This document shows positions 57,601 through 64,000 of a DNA stretch of 64,000 nucleotides, piece by piece (positions within the stretch are counted from its first letter, which is position 1; every line of letters starts with the position of its first letter). The notes under the pieces were generated by a model. That model was given only the letters and a program-made list of their open reading frames with translations. It did no database searches and was not told the DNA's origin. Both the position numbers and the translations under genes were made by a program. This stretch comes from an uncultured Candidatus Saccharibacteria bacterium (GTDB lineage Bacteria; Patescibacteriota; Minisyncoccia; Phycocordibacterales; UBA9973). Where the stretch lies: positions 26,727 through 90,726 of the forward strand of contig CAYIBP010000001.1 of the NCBI GenBank assembly GCA_964361705.1. The letters run 5' to 3'.

Positions 57601-60600
57601 TACACTATTTCAGGATTATTCTTGTCTTCTCTACCAGGACTGACTAGATACGGCTCCCCTAGGTCAGGATTCTGTGGAAGGCACAGACCTTCGAGTGAAG
57701 ATAAGGATTTGATTTCTCCTTTTTCAAGATCAATGAAACTTGCTAGGTCTTGCCTAGCAAGATCTGTATCTGCTAGACATCCTGCTCCGCTTGAGACGGT
57801 GAAAGAATTTGAAATGCCTACAAGCTCAAATTTACTGCCAGCTGTGTTTGCTCTGTAATATGCTCCTATTATGATGCTTCCTGTAGCTGAAGTGATGGTA
57901 AAAGGAACGGTATTTACTGTACCTGTGGTAATGATATGTTGAGGGTTAATATTTCCCATCAATGGAACGATATCAATGACTGATCCAACTGGAATGTTTT
58001 GAGTTGTGAGGGTTATCGTGTTTGTGTCGCCATTTCTTGTGTTTGGGATATTGCTAAAGGTCACCTTTGGTAAGGTGTTTGAGACATTTACGGTGAAATT
58101 TTGCTGTATAGAGGAACCATTTAATCCTACACATTTCATGGTAAAGGTCTTACTCGTGAACATAGCACGTGTAGGATAGCGTCCGTTTAGCGAACCAGCA
58201 AGAGTGTACAAAAATCCTGTCGCGTCCCAGACAGAGCAAGAAGATGTGTATGTAGTCGTCAAATCATACAGAGCCTGTTCTCCATAACCCACAGTCTGTA
58301 CAGCAGGAGTAACGGACATAGTAGGTGGTTGCAGTGGAGGGGTTTTTACCGTGACATAATTACAAGGAGAATATCCCAAAGTTAATCCAGGATAGTCAAA
58401 AGCTCTGACAGAAATGCAATAGCTCCCGACAGCACTATATGTGTGTCCAGCAAACTCTGGAGTTCCGGAAGAATTGAAAGCAGTAGAACCCATAGTGCCG
58501 TCACCCCAGTTGATCTGATACCAGATTCTATCGCCTTCTCCATCTGTGGAGACCATAGAAATATTGTAGTTGTTGTTTACATTCACACTGCCCGATCCAG
58601 AGATAGTTGGCACAGAAGGTGGAGTGTTTTGTGAAGGTTGTGTTTGGAAATAGTAATAAGGTGGATAAAGAGAAGTACCGACAGCATTCACGCTTCTGAC
58701 ACCCCAAACATATCTGTGACCTAGAGCAAGCGCAGGCGAAGTGGTAGATGTGCCATACACAGTTCTATCTTTAAAAATATCTAAACCTGTAGTGAGATCA
58801 GCTATATATGCTAAATAATGAGTAGCATTTGAAACAGGATTCCAAGAAATGGTCACAGTATTTCCTGAAAGTATAGGACCGTAAGCAGAAGTATAACCAG
58901 GAGTGAGACCTGTCGGTGTCGCAGGTACTGTGGCAGGATTTATGACAGTGAAATAAAATAATGAAGAAAAAACTCCCTTTGTGCCGTTGGACTCATAGGC
59001 TACCATATTCCATCGGTATGATCTGCCGGGGATGAAAGAATAATTTGGAGTAAAATTCGTACCATAATTGCACGAAGGCCAATTGCAATCCACTATCAAT
59101 TCATTTGTTACATTATCTCTGACATGTACACCGTATTGCAAAGCACCGGAAACAGCAGACCAATAAAATGTAACTTTACCATTTGTATGTGCGACAGATA
59201 TCCCCGGCTGAACTACACTACCCGGAGCGAGGAGTTGTGGCGCAGACAATGCTTGCAGGCTAAAAGTATCCGGCACAAATGTTTTTGGATCGATTATCTC
59301 GCCTGCTTTGGATTGAGGATTTATAGAGTTGCCTTCAGTGTCTTTTTTGAGTTTTATATCTATCTCACTTTGTGAAAGTTTTGCGCCAGAGAGAGAACGA
59401 CCGCCACCGAATACTTTTCCGTTTTTAGAATAGCTGGCAAGAGTGGGAATTTTCGGTAATTGTTCTATCGCTTTTTTGGCATCAATATTGTCATTTGATT
59501 TTGCCACCAAATAAGCGGAAATTATCGGTGCGGAAAATGAAGTACCATTCATTTCTCCATATTCGCCTCCTGATTTTGCAGAGAGTATTCCCACACCTTC
59601 AGCAAACACATCCACTGTTTTTCCATAGTTTGAAAATGAAGCTATGTTTCCAGAACCATCGAGTGCGCCGACTGTAATCAGGTTGCCATTATTGAAACTC
59701 GCTGGATATATTTTTGTCTCATCAATATTGAAACCATAATTTCCAGCAGAAGTCACCATATATACTCCGTGATCCTGCGCATACCTTATCGCTTCTTCGA
59801 GTTGCTTTGAATATGTAGGCCCTGCAAAAGACATGTTTATTATTTCCGCTCCGTTGTGCACCGCGAAAAGTATCGCTCGCACTATATCATCTGTCTGTAA
59901 TAGTCCATAATCCGCCACGCGTAGAGACATTATCTTTACATTGCCTCTGGATACAGAAGATATGCCCATACCATCATCAGCCGATGCTCCGATGATAGAT
60001 GCCACCGCCGTGCCGTGTGAATATCCGTCTGTCGGATATGGGTCTTTGTCATCCCCTACGAAATCATACCCACCATCGCAAGAACCTATTGCTTCTGTTT
60101 TTTCATTTACACAATTCTGTGTCGTCCATTTTGAAAGAAATAGATCGGGGTGAGAAAAATCCACTCCAGCATCTATCACCGCCACCACAGGCAATGAACC
60201 TGTATTTGCTTTTGTATTCCAAATCTTTTTATTTGTTTCTAAAATACGATGCAGATATGTCTGCTTGTGCCACAGAGGGTCGTTGGGAGTATAGTCCCCC
60301 GCCTTCTCCGGGGCAAGTTGCAAAGCCATAAAATACGGGCTTTCCACTGCACCACCCCCTTCTTTTTCCACTTCTGTTGCAAGCTGTTGGTTGATTTGTT
60401 TTAGGGTTTCAAAGGCTCCAGCATCACTGATTTTTTGTCCTTGCGCCCTTCCCTCGATTACAGGGGCGGATCCCTCGGGCAGCAAAAAATCAGTAATGCT
60501 TGCGCTTGCCTTTATTTTCGCATTTTCTTTTATTATTTGTATTTCTTTTTCAACGCTCGCAACTTCGCTCGCTTTCATTTTGTTCACATCGAGAGCCTGC

Positions 60601-61766
60601 AAACCGTTTAAAATATTGAAAAGTCTGTTTGCTTTCTCGGAATTTATATCCCGTTCCTCTTTTGGAGTTTTCTTGTTTTTTGGAATTTTTGTTTTTACGG
60701 CAACAGGAATAGTTGGATCGTAAAAACCCTGTAGTTCACCATCACTATTTTTCACCAAAAGGCTTTGCGCTTTTTTCAAGAGATCGACAACATTGTCCAC
60801 TTCGGCTTGCGTATTCTCTGTAGTTAATTTGTTGTTAGCTTCCAATACTAATATATATGCATTCCAAGAGTCTTCTGTATAACTATTCTTGGCTTCTGTC
60901 GGCACTTGTTCTAATACTTTTCTGTATTCTGTTAGATCCGCTTTGATAACGATAGAATTTTGTGCTTCGGATATTTTTTGTGTTGCTTCATCTACCCTAT
61001 TTTGAGTATCTTCTGTGTTTACTGCGTTAGTATCTAAAACATTTTTGTATATATTCCAGCTAGTATTTGTATATAGATATGAAAAAGATTCTGGATATGC
61101 CAAGAGCACACCGTTGTATGAATTCAGGTTTGATTTTTTTAGAAGTAAGCTCTGCCCTATTTTGATATTGTTTACTGCTGTGTCTATTTCAGCTTGAGTA
61201 TTGTCTGTGGTAACGATGTTTGTATTCAAGGCTTGCTGATATGTTTGCCAGCTCGTATTGGTATAATTTACGGATGCAGTATCGGGATAATTCAAAATCA
61301 CAGCGCTATATTCTGACAAATCCCCCTTTGGTTTCGGAGGAATTATCTCTCCCTCTATTACTATGCCATCTGTTAGAACAATAATAGGAGAACCGTGGTG
61401 AGCGGTACAATCATTGCCACCGTAAGCTTTCAGTAATACAGTATATTTTCCTGGTCTAGATGGAGCCTTTATCTGAAACTTTATTGTGGCTGTAGTACCT
61501 GCTTTGTGGTTTGCTGTATCTATGCATATCCATTCGTTGTTGCCTATTTTGTATTTAGTGGAGAACCAGTTTGACGGAGAGGTGGAGGTTACCGTCATAT
61601 TCACATTTACCATAGCGTTTCCCTTTACTATTACGCTTTGTTTGCCTCCGAGGTTGGCAGAGTCTATGATGCGAGCGGCAGAAACCTGGGGAACGATGGA
61701 TACCAAAGGGCTAAAAGCTGTAATAAGCAACAAAACCGAAATCGAAAAATTCTTGAAAATACGCAT
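54663..61766 (-). CDS. giant secreted multidomain protein C (2367 aa): Ig-like N-terminal domain, 3 FIVAR-like repeats, subtilisin-like S8 peptidase domain, FN3-like and PKD-like domains, lipase-like alpha/beta-hydrolase domain
   Basis: Signal peptide MRIFKNFSISVLLLITAFSPLVSIVPQVSA. S8 catalytic triad context (VAVIDAGVDFSHPD; GYSHGTAVASIIGA; NGTSFSAPIISAYL). PKD-like YQINWGDGTMG…GHTYSAVGSYCISVRAFDY. Lipase-like LIGHSNGGLVIKALIQKL and LVATPQVGTPEGF. FIVAR-like YTNTSWQTYQQALNTNIVTTDNTQAEIDTAVNNI. Confidence 0.7.
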   Translation of the reverse strand: MRIFKNFSISVLLLITAFSPLVSIVPQVSAARIIDSANLGGKQSVIVKGNAMVNVNMTVTSTSPSNWFSTKYKIGNNEWICIDTANHKAGTTATIKFQIKAPSRPGKYTVLLKAYGGNDCTAHHGSPIIVLTDGIVIEGEIIPPKPKGDLSEYSAVILNYPDTASVNYTNTSWQTYQQALNTNIVTTDNTQAEIDTAVNNIKIGQSLLLKKSNLNSYNGVLLAYPESFSYLYTNTSWNIYKNVLDTNAVNTEDTQNRVDEATQKISEAQNSIVIKADLTEYRKVLEQVPTEAKNSYTEDSWNAYILVLEANNKLTTENTQAEVDNVVDLLKKAQSLLVKNSDGELQGFYDPTIPVAVKTKIPKNKKTPKEERDINSEKANRLFNILNGLQALDVNKMKASEVASVEKEIQIIKENAKIKASASITDFLLPEGSAPVIEGRAQGQKISDAGAFETLKQINQQLATEVEKEGGGAVESPYFMALQLAPEKAGDYTPNDPLWHKQTYLHRILETNKKIWNTKANTGSLPVVAVIDAGVDFSHPDLFLSKWTTQNCVNEKTEAIGSCDGGYDFVGDDKDPYPTDGYSHGTAVASIIGASADDGMGISSVSRGNVKIMSLRVADYGLLQTDDIVRAILFAVHNGAEIINMSFAGPTYSKQLEEAIRYAQDHGVYMVTSAGNYGFNIDETKIYPASFNNGNLITVGALDGSGNIASFSNYGKTVDVFAEGVGILSAKSGGEYGEMNGTSFSAPIISAYLVAKSNDNIDAKKAIEQLPKIPTLASYSKNGKVFGGGRSLSGAKLSQSEIDIKLKKDTEGNSINPQSKAGEIIDPKTFVPDTFSLQALSAPQLLAPGSVVQPGISVAHTNGKVTFYWSAVSGALQYGVHVRDNVTNELIVDCNWPSCNYGTNFTPNYSFIPGRSYRWNMVAYESNGTKGVFSSLFYFTVINPATVPATPTGLTPGYTSAYGPILSGNTVTISWNPVSNATHYLAYIADLTTGLDIFKDRTVYGTSTTSPALALGHRYVWGVRSVNAVGTSLYPPYYYFQTQPSQNTPPSVPTISGSGSVNVNNNYNISMVSTDGEGDRIWYQINWGDGTMGSTAFNSSGTPEFAGHTYSAVGSYCISVRAFDYPGLTLGYSPCNYVTVKTPPLQPPTMSVTPAVQTVGYGEQALYDLTTTYTSSCSVWDATGFLYTLAGSLNGRYPTRAMFTSKTFTMKCVGLNGSSIQQNFTVNVSNTLPKVTFSNIPNTRNGDTNTITLTTQNIPVGSVIDIVPLMGNINPQHIITTGTVNTVPFTITSATGSIIIGAYYRANTAGSKFELVGISNSFTVSSGAGCLADTDLARQDLASFIDLEKGEIKSLSSLEGLCLPQNPDLGEPYLVSPGREDKNNPEIVYGPNQTLEIAYVPNAIRYEVNIRDISVNNELTVYKTTGQFVDVVLKEGHNYTWNANAFDSQNRSGWFADRKYFNVRSQNPNTPPTISVTPTTQTIEEGTDGSFVLSSTNTTSCDITGAGLVNHRLANGDYGIGPMYRTAIFTFRCIGSNGQAVSQDIIITVNKKEVVPPPGIPTAIISQILNTKTSELFPITINTTNIADGTNLELTSFGVPNDEDQPLFAMGTVIPKTVTIQNNTYTGNIKVTSAINKVKLKVSYNGNVLTTSNTFDIDPTCYSSLSELELSEFELSGLCTPKNIYLQNPEPLSPGKAWTGEEVDSTTQTFKWTTVSGATKYALYVRNMTTGNLEVDKEDISTNSYTANLNPGSLYYWHIRAKDSNNQGGWLSEKLYFKTKSQEIVPTTCTTDCFSNVMFFPGIMGSRLYEEKGSLDCGEVLNGSECFWDKELWVSLAALHDDHRRMALDSNGKKIYDIYTKEDKGLVEEVPGFIGLNIYKSFADDLKDLKNSNVITDYSLVPYDWRLSLEDIITNGKVGERNKLSYADSQNFSESFILKKLRDLQSNSKSGKVTLIGHSNGGLVIKALIQKLKDANDPLYNQIDKVILVATPQVGTPEGFLSLLHGTRLAAFGAVMTATNNRYLAENMPTTYNLLPSKGYFDIQGDPSLNLNKIITFPNHELFSKQTEKYGTEISNFTEFKDFILGKEGREKPTGDDLDNANNGNENLYNNAEKIHQMLDNWQAPENTKVIQVAGWGIKTFAGIEYMAKKYGEKCEFGICGIPIIKPFPKTKTSFEGDETVVTSSALWMNTDANTERWWVDLKKEGGFFEKDRTHKDILEVSNLRNFIKAEIKDASFSDPENIIVNSKPNYSLSEMKTDIVLNLYSGGYVYISDSTGRITGIVNGETKEEIPNSRYMEVGNTKYISVEEGIKYTVHIDGNNQEMILLDVDKEINGIVSETKSLQTESKERITLDLSATFDLQALTIN
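55424..57617. repeat. ~2.2-kb near-identical direct repeat, copy 2 (matches 51112-53305)
   Basis: See copy 1. Confidence 0.75.
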
Positions 61767-61829
61767 AAATGTATTGGGTTTTTAATAATATTAAGAGCTT
61801 TTATGATAGGACTTATTCAATGAAAAGTC

Positions 61830-61856
61830 AAATGCCAAGGATTTCCCTTGGCATTT
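61830..61856 (-). terminator. intrinsic terminator-like hairpin AAATGCCAAGG-atttc-CCTTGGCATTT downstream of rpsI
   Basis: Perfect 11-bp stem; T-rich 3' flank on both strands; 8 bp beyond the rpsI stop. Confidence 0.5.
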
Positions 61857-61863
61857 TTGCATT

Positions 61864-62289
61864 TTAACGTTTTGACCACTTTGGAGCTTTGCGGGCTTTT
61901 TTGAGACCGAATTTTCGGCGTTCTTTTGCGCGAGGATCACGCTTGAGGTAACCAAGATCTTTGAGTTGAGGACGTAGGTTTATGTCAAATTTAGATAATG
62001 CTCGAGCAATACCATGTCTAACTGCTTCGGCTTGAGAATGTATACCTCCGCCGGAAACCTTTGCTTCTACCTTCCATTTGTACTCCATTTTTTCTGTACC
62101 TTCTAAACCTTTTGTGATACTGTCTGATACCAAACGACGCTGTTCTTCAGTTTGAAAATAGTCTTTTGCATCTTTGCCATTCACAGTAAAGGAAGATTTG
62201 GAAGATTGGTAAATGCGCACTCTAGCAGTGGAAGTTTTCCTTCTGCCTATAGCTTCTATATATTCCTCTTTTGATATTTTCTTTTCCAT
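61864..62289 (-). CDS. rpsI: 30S ribosomal protein S9 (uS9)
   Basis: GGGIHSQAEAVRHGIARAL core and basic C-terminus ending …KWSKR. Confidence 0.85.
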   Translation of the reverse strand: MEKKISKEEYIEAIGRRKTSTARVRIYQSSKSSFTVNGKDAKDYFQTEEQRRLVSDSITKGLEGTEKMEYKWKVEAKVSGGGIHSQAEAVRHGIARALSKFDINLRPQLKDLGYLKRDPRAKERRKFGLKKARKAPKWSKR

Positions 62290-62303
62290 TTATTTCTCTC
62301 TGA

Positions 62304-62672
62304 TTAATCTTCTATTTTTAAATGTTTCATCATTTCCTTTTTTAATTTATTGTCTGGAAGCATACTATAGACAGCCAATCTGACGAGTTCTTTCATTCCT
62401 TTCTTTTCTTTTGTCTCTGTGCCTTTCAAAATACGAAGTCCTCCACGCTCTCCTGAATATCTGACATGATAAAGACTTTCAAGTTTCTTGGCGGTAATTT
62501 TGATTTTAGAAGCGTTTATGACTTTGACATCAACACCTGAATACACATTCCTCTCAAAAGAAGGTTTGTTCTTGCCCATCAAATATATGGCGGTTTCGCT
62601 TGCCACTCTGCCTAGGGTTCTGCCTTCAGCATTTATTTTTTTTTCTTCTTTTGTTTTCTCGTCTTTTTTCAT
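62304..62672 (-). CDS. rplM: 50S ribosomal protein L13 (uL13)
   Basis: GRVASETAIYLMGKNKPSF…GVDVKVINASKIKITAKK matches the uL13 N-terminal pattern (GRLAS…LxGKHKP…). Standard rplM-rpsI order. Confidence 0.8.
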   Translation of the reverse strand: MKKDEKTKEEKKINAEGRTLGRVASETAIYLMGKNKPSFERNVYSGVDVKVINASKIKITAKKLESLYHVRYSGERGGLRILKGTETKEKKGMKELVRLAVYSMLPDNKLKKEMMKHLKIED

Positions 62673-62710
62673 TGGTTTTTATACTAAATCATTTACTGAC
62701 TAAAAACAAG

Positions 62711-63064
62711 CTATACAAATTCTATCTGTGCCATTTCCGCTCCGTCTGATTTTCTTACGCCTAATTTTAGAATCCTCGTATAACCTCCTTTTTTGTCTAT
62801 ATATTTTGGAGCTATGATATCAAAGAGTTTCTTGGTTTCTTTTGCTCTATTGGACAAGGAAGAAATAACCAGTCTGCGAGTAGCAATATCATTCTTTTTT
62901 GCCTTAGTAACAATCTTTTCCACAAAAGGACGAAGCTCTTTTGCCTTTGGCAAAGTGGTTTTGATTTTCTCTCGTACGATCAAACTCAAGGCCAAAGAAC
63001 TCATAAGGGCTTTCCTTTGATTTTTATCCAGACCGAATTTTCTTTTGTTGTTGTGGTGTCGCAT
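62711..63064 (-). CDS. rplQ: 50S ribosomal protein L17 (bL17)
   Basis: MRHHNNKRKFGLDKNQRKALMSSLALSLIVREKIKTTLPKAKELRPFVEKIVT closely follows the bL17 consensus. Confidence 0.85.
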   Translation of the reverse strand: MRHHNNKRKFGLDKNQRKALMSSLALSLIVREKIKTTLPKAKELRPFVEKIVTKAKKNDIATRRLVISSLSNRAKETKKLFDIIAPKYIDKKGGYTRILKLGVRKSDGAEMAQIEFV

Positions 63065-63100
63065 ATGTTTTTAAACTTTCTGTTTTTTATTTTATATAAA

Positions 63101-64000
63101 CTATTCCTTTAGATTAAGGCCAAACTTGCCTAAAACCTTTTTTATTTCGCTGATACCCTTTTCGCCCATGCCTTCTATCTCAAGAAGATCTTCTCTCTTC
63201 TTTCTGGCAAGTCCGCCAAGTGTGCGGATATTCGCGCCAGTGAGAGCATTTAAGGTTCTAGTGGACAAATCAAGACTATCAGTGCGAGTCTTTAGCACAT
63301 CAGTAAAATCTTCAGTTTTCTTTGTCTCGACATTTGTATCTGATGATGCACTTGAGGAGCTATGCGCGGACTTTTTTTCTAATACAACTTCTTCTTCCGG
63401 TTCTTTGAAATCGATAACTGACTTGAGTTGATTAATCATTATCTCTATTGATTTTGTAAAGGCTTCGCGAGGAGTCAAAGTGCCGTCTGTCTCTATAGAC
63501 ATCCTCAAGCGATTGTAGTTTGTATTATCGCCAACACGCATATTTTCTACTTCATAAGAAACACGACGAATCGGAGTAAAGATTCCGTCTACAGCGATAG
63601 TGCCTATATCAACCTTGTCTTTCTGTAACACTTCTTTAGGGATAAAACCAAGCCCCTTCTCTATCCTCATTTCAATATTCAAATTAACCTTGCCTGTAAC
63701 CTCAACTATATGCAAATCGCTATTTAATATCTCTACCTGACCGCCTGTCTTTATATCTCCGGCTTTGACTTCTTTTGGACCCTTTATTGAAAGAGTAACC
63801 ATTTGTGGCTCATCGGTTAGCATTTTATAACGAGCCTTCTTCAAATTTAGAATCATAACAATCACATCTTCTTTGATACCTTCCAAGGTTTCAAATTCAT
63901 GGGAAACTCCTTCTATTTTGATAGAGGTTACGCTCGCACCTGGAAGAGAAGAAAGAATAATCCTTCTTAGACTGTTGCCTAAGGTGTGTCCATATCCGGG
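63101..64000 (-). CDS. rpoA: DNA-directed RNA polymerase subunit alpha (5' end beyond window)
   Basis: Listed ORF starts at an internal Met, but the frame continues to the window edge, encoding PGYGHTLGNSLRRIILSSLPGASVTSIKIEGVSHEF (canonical RpoA N-terminal domain). C-terminal alpha-CTD (…LSTRTLNALTGANIRTLGGL) present. Confidence 0.85.
   Translation of the reverse strand, partial: PGYGHTLGNSLRRIILSSLPGASVTSIKIEGVSHEFETLEGIKEDVIVMILNLKKARYKMLTDEPQMVTLSIKGPKEVKAGDIKTGGQVEILNSDLHIVEVTGKVNLNIEMRIEKGLGFIPKEVLQKDKVDIGTIAVDGIFTPIRRVSYEVENMRVGDNTNYNRLRMSIETDGTLTPREAFTKSIEIMINQLKSVIDFKEPEEEVVLEKKSAHSSSSASSDTNVETKKTEDFTDVLKTRTDSLDLSTRTLNALTGANIRTLGGLARKKREDLLEIEGMGEKGISEIKKVLGKFGLNLKE

Overview
Low-GC (about one-third GC), gene-dense bacterial window whose gene content and organisation (tiny intergenic spacers, stand-alone riboflavin kinase, compact rpoA-rplQ-rplM-rpsI block) suggest a reduced genome of the CPR/Patescibacteria type; this taxonomic guess is inference only. 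About 45 protein genes could be supported; no rRNA, tRNA or CRISPR array was found. Roughly 70% of the window is ordinary housekeeping: mraY, scpAB, ppiB, msrB, ABC-F, pepN, trpS, dnaB, recR, rplU, cysS, dnaJ/dnaK/grpE, rsmE, and the ribosomal protein/rpoA block. Two regions stand out. (1) 27.9-45.1 kb: the grpE-dnaK-dnaJ heat-shock gene set is split apart by insertions of an unrecognised gene family. These are four paralogous ~560-590 aa cysteine-rich proteins (each with duplicated N- and C-terminal double zinc-ribbon modules and internal CxxC...EEY repeats), two paralogous soluble VirD4/TraD/HerA-like P-loop ATPases, a winged-helix + Cas2-like-fold protein, and CIRCE-like extended palindromes. 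One CIRCE-like element is duplicated together with a 59-codon grpE 5' fragment. (2) 45.1-61.8 kb: an array of three paralogous secreted multidomain proteins (956/980/2367 aa; lipase-like GHSNGG alpha/beta-hydrolase domain, Ig/FN3-like and PKD-like repeats, FIVAR-like repeats, and an S8 subtilase domain in the largest). Each is followed by a small 2-4 TM protein whose coding sequence carries a simple-sequence repeat: (AAAT)10 encoding FIYLFIYLFIYLF in two of them, (TA)8 in the third. This array also contains a ~2.2 kb near-identical direct repeat, a HUH/Y1 (IS200/RAYT-like) transposase flanked by perfect 20-bp inverted repeats exactly at the duplication breakpoint, and a +1 frameshift in a C7/G7 homopolymer that splits one paralog, which is a candidate phase-variation site. 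Other observations: a GC-rich 55-bp core flanked by a perfect 30-bp inverted repeat between trpS and dnaB, a perfect 23-bp hairpin at 30.1 kb, and two GC-rich (likely acquired) ORFs.
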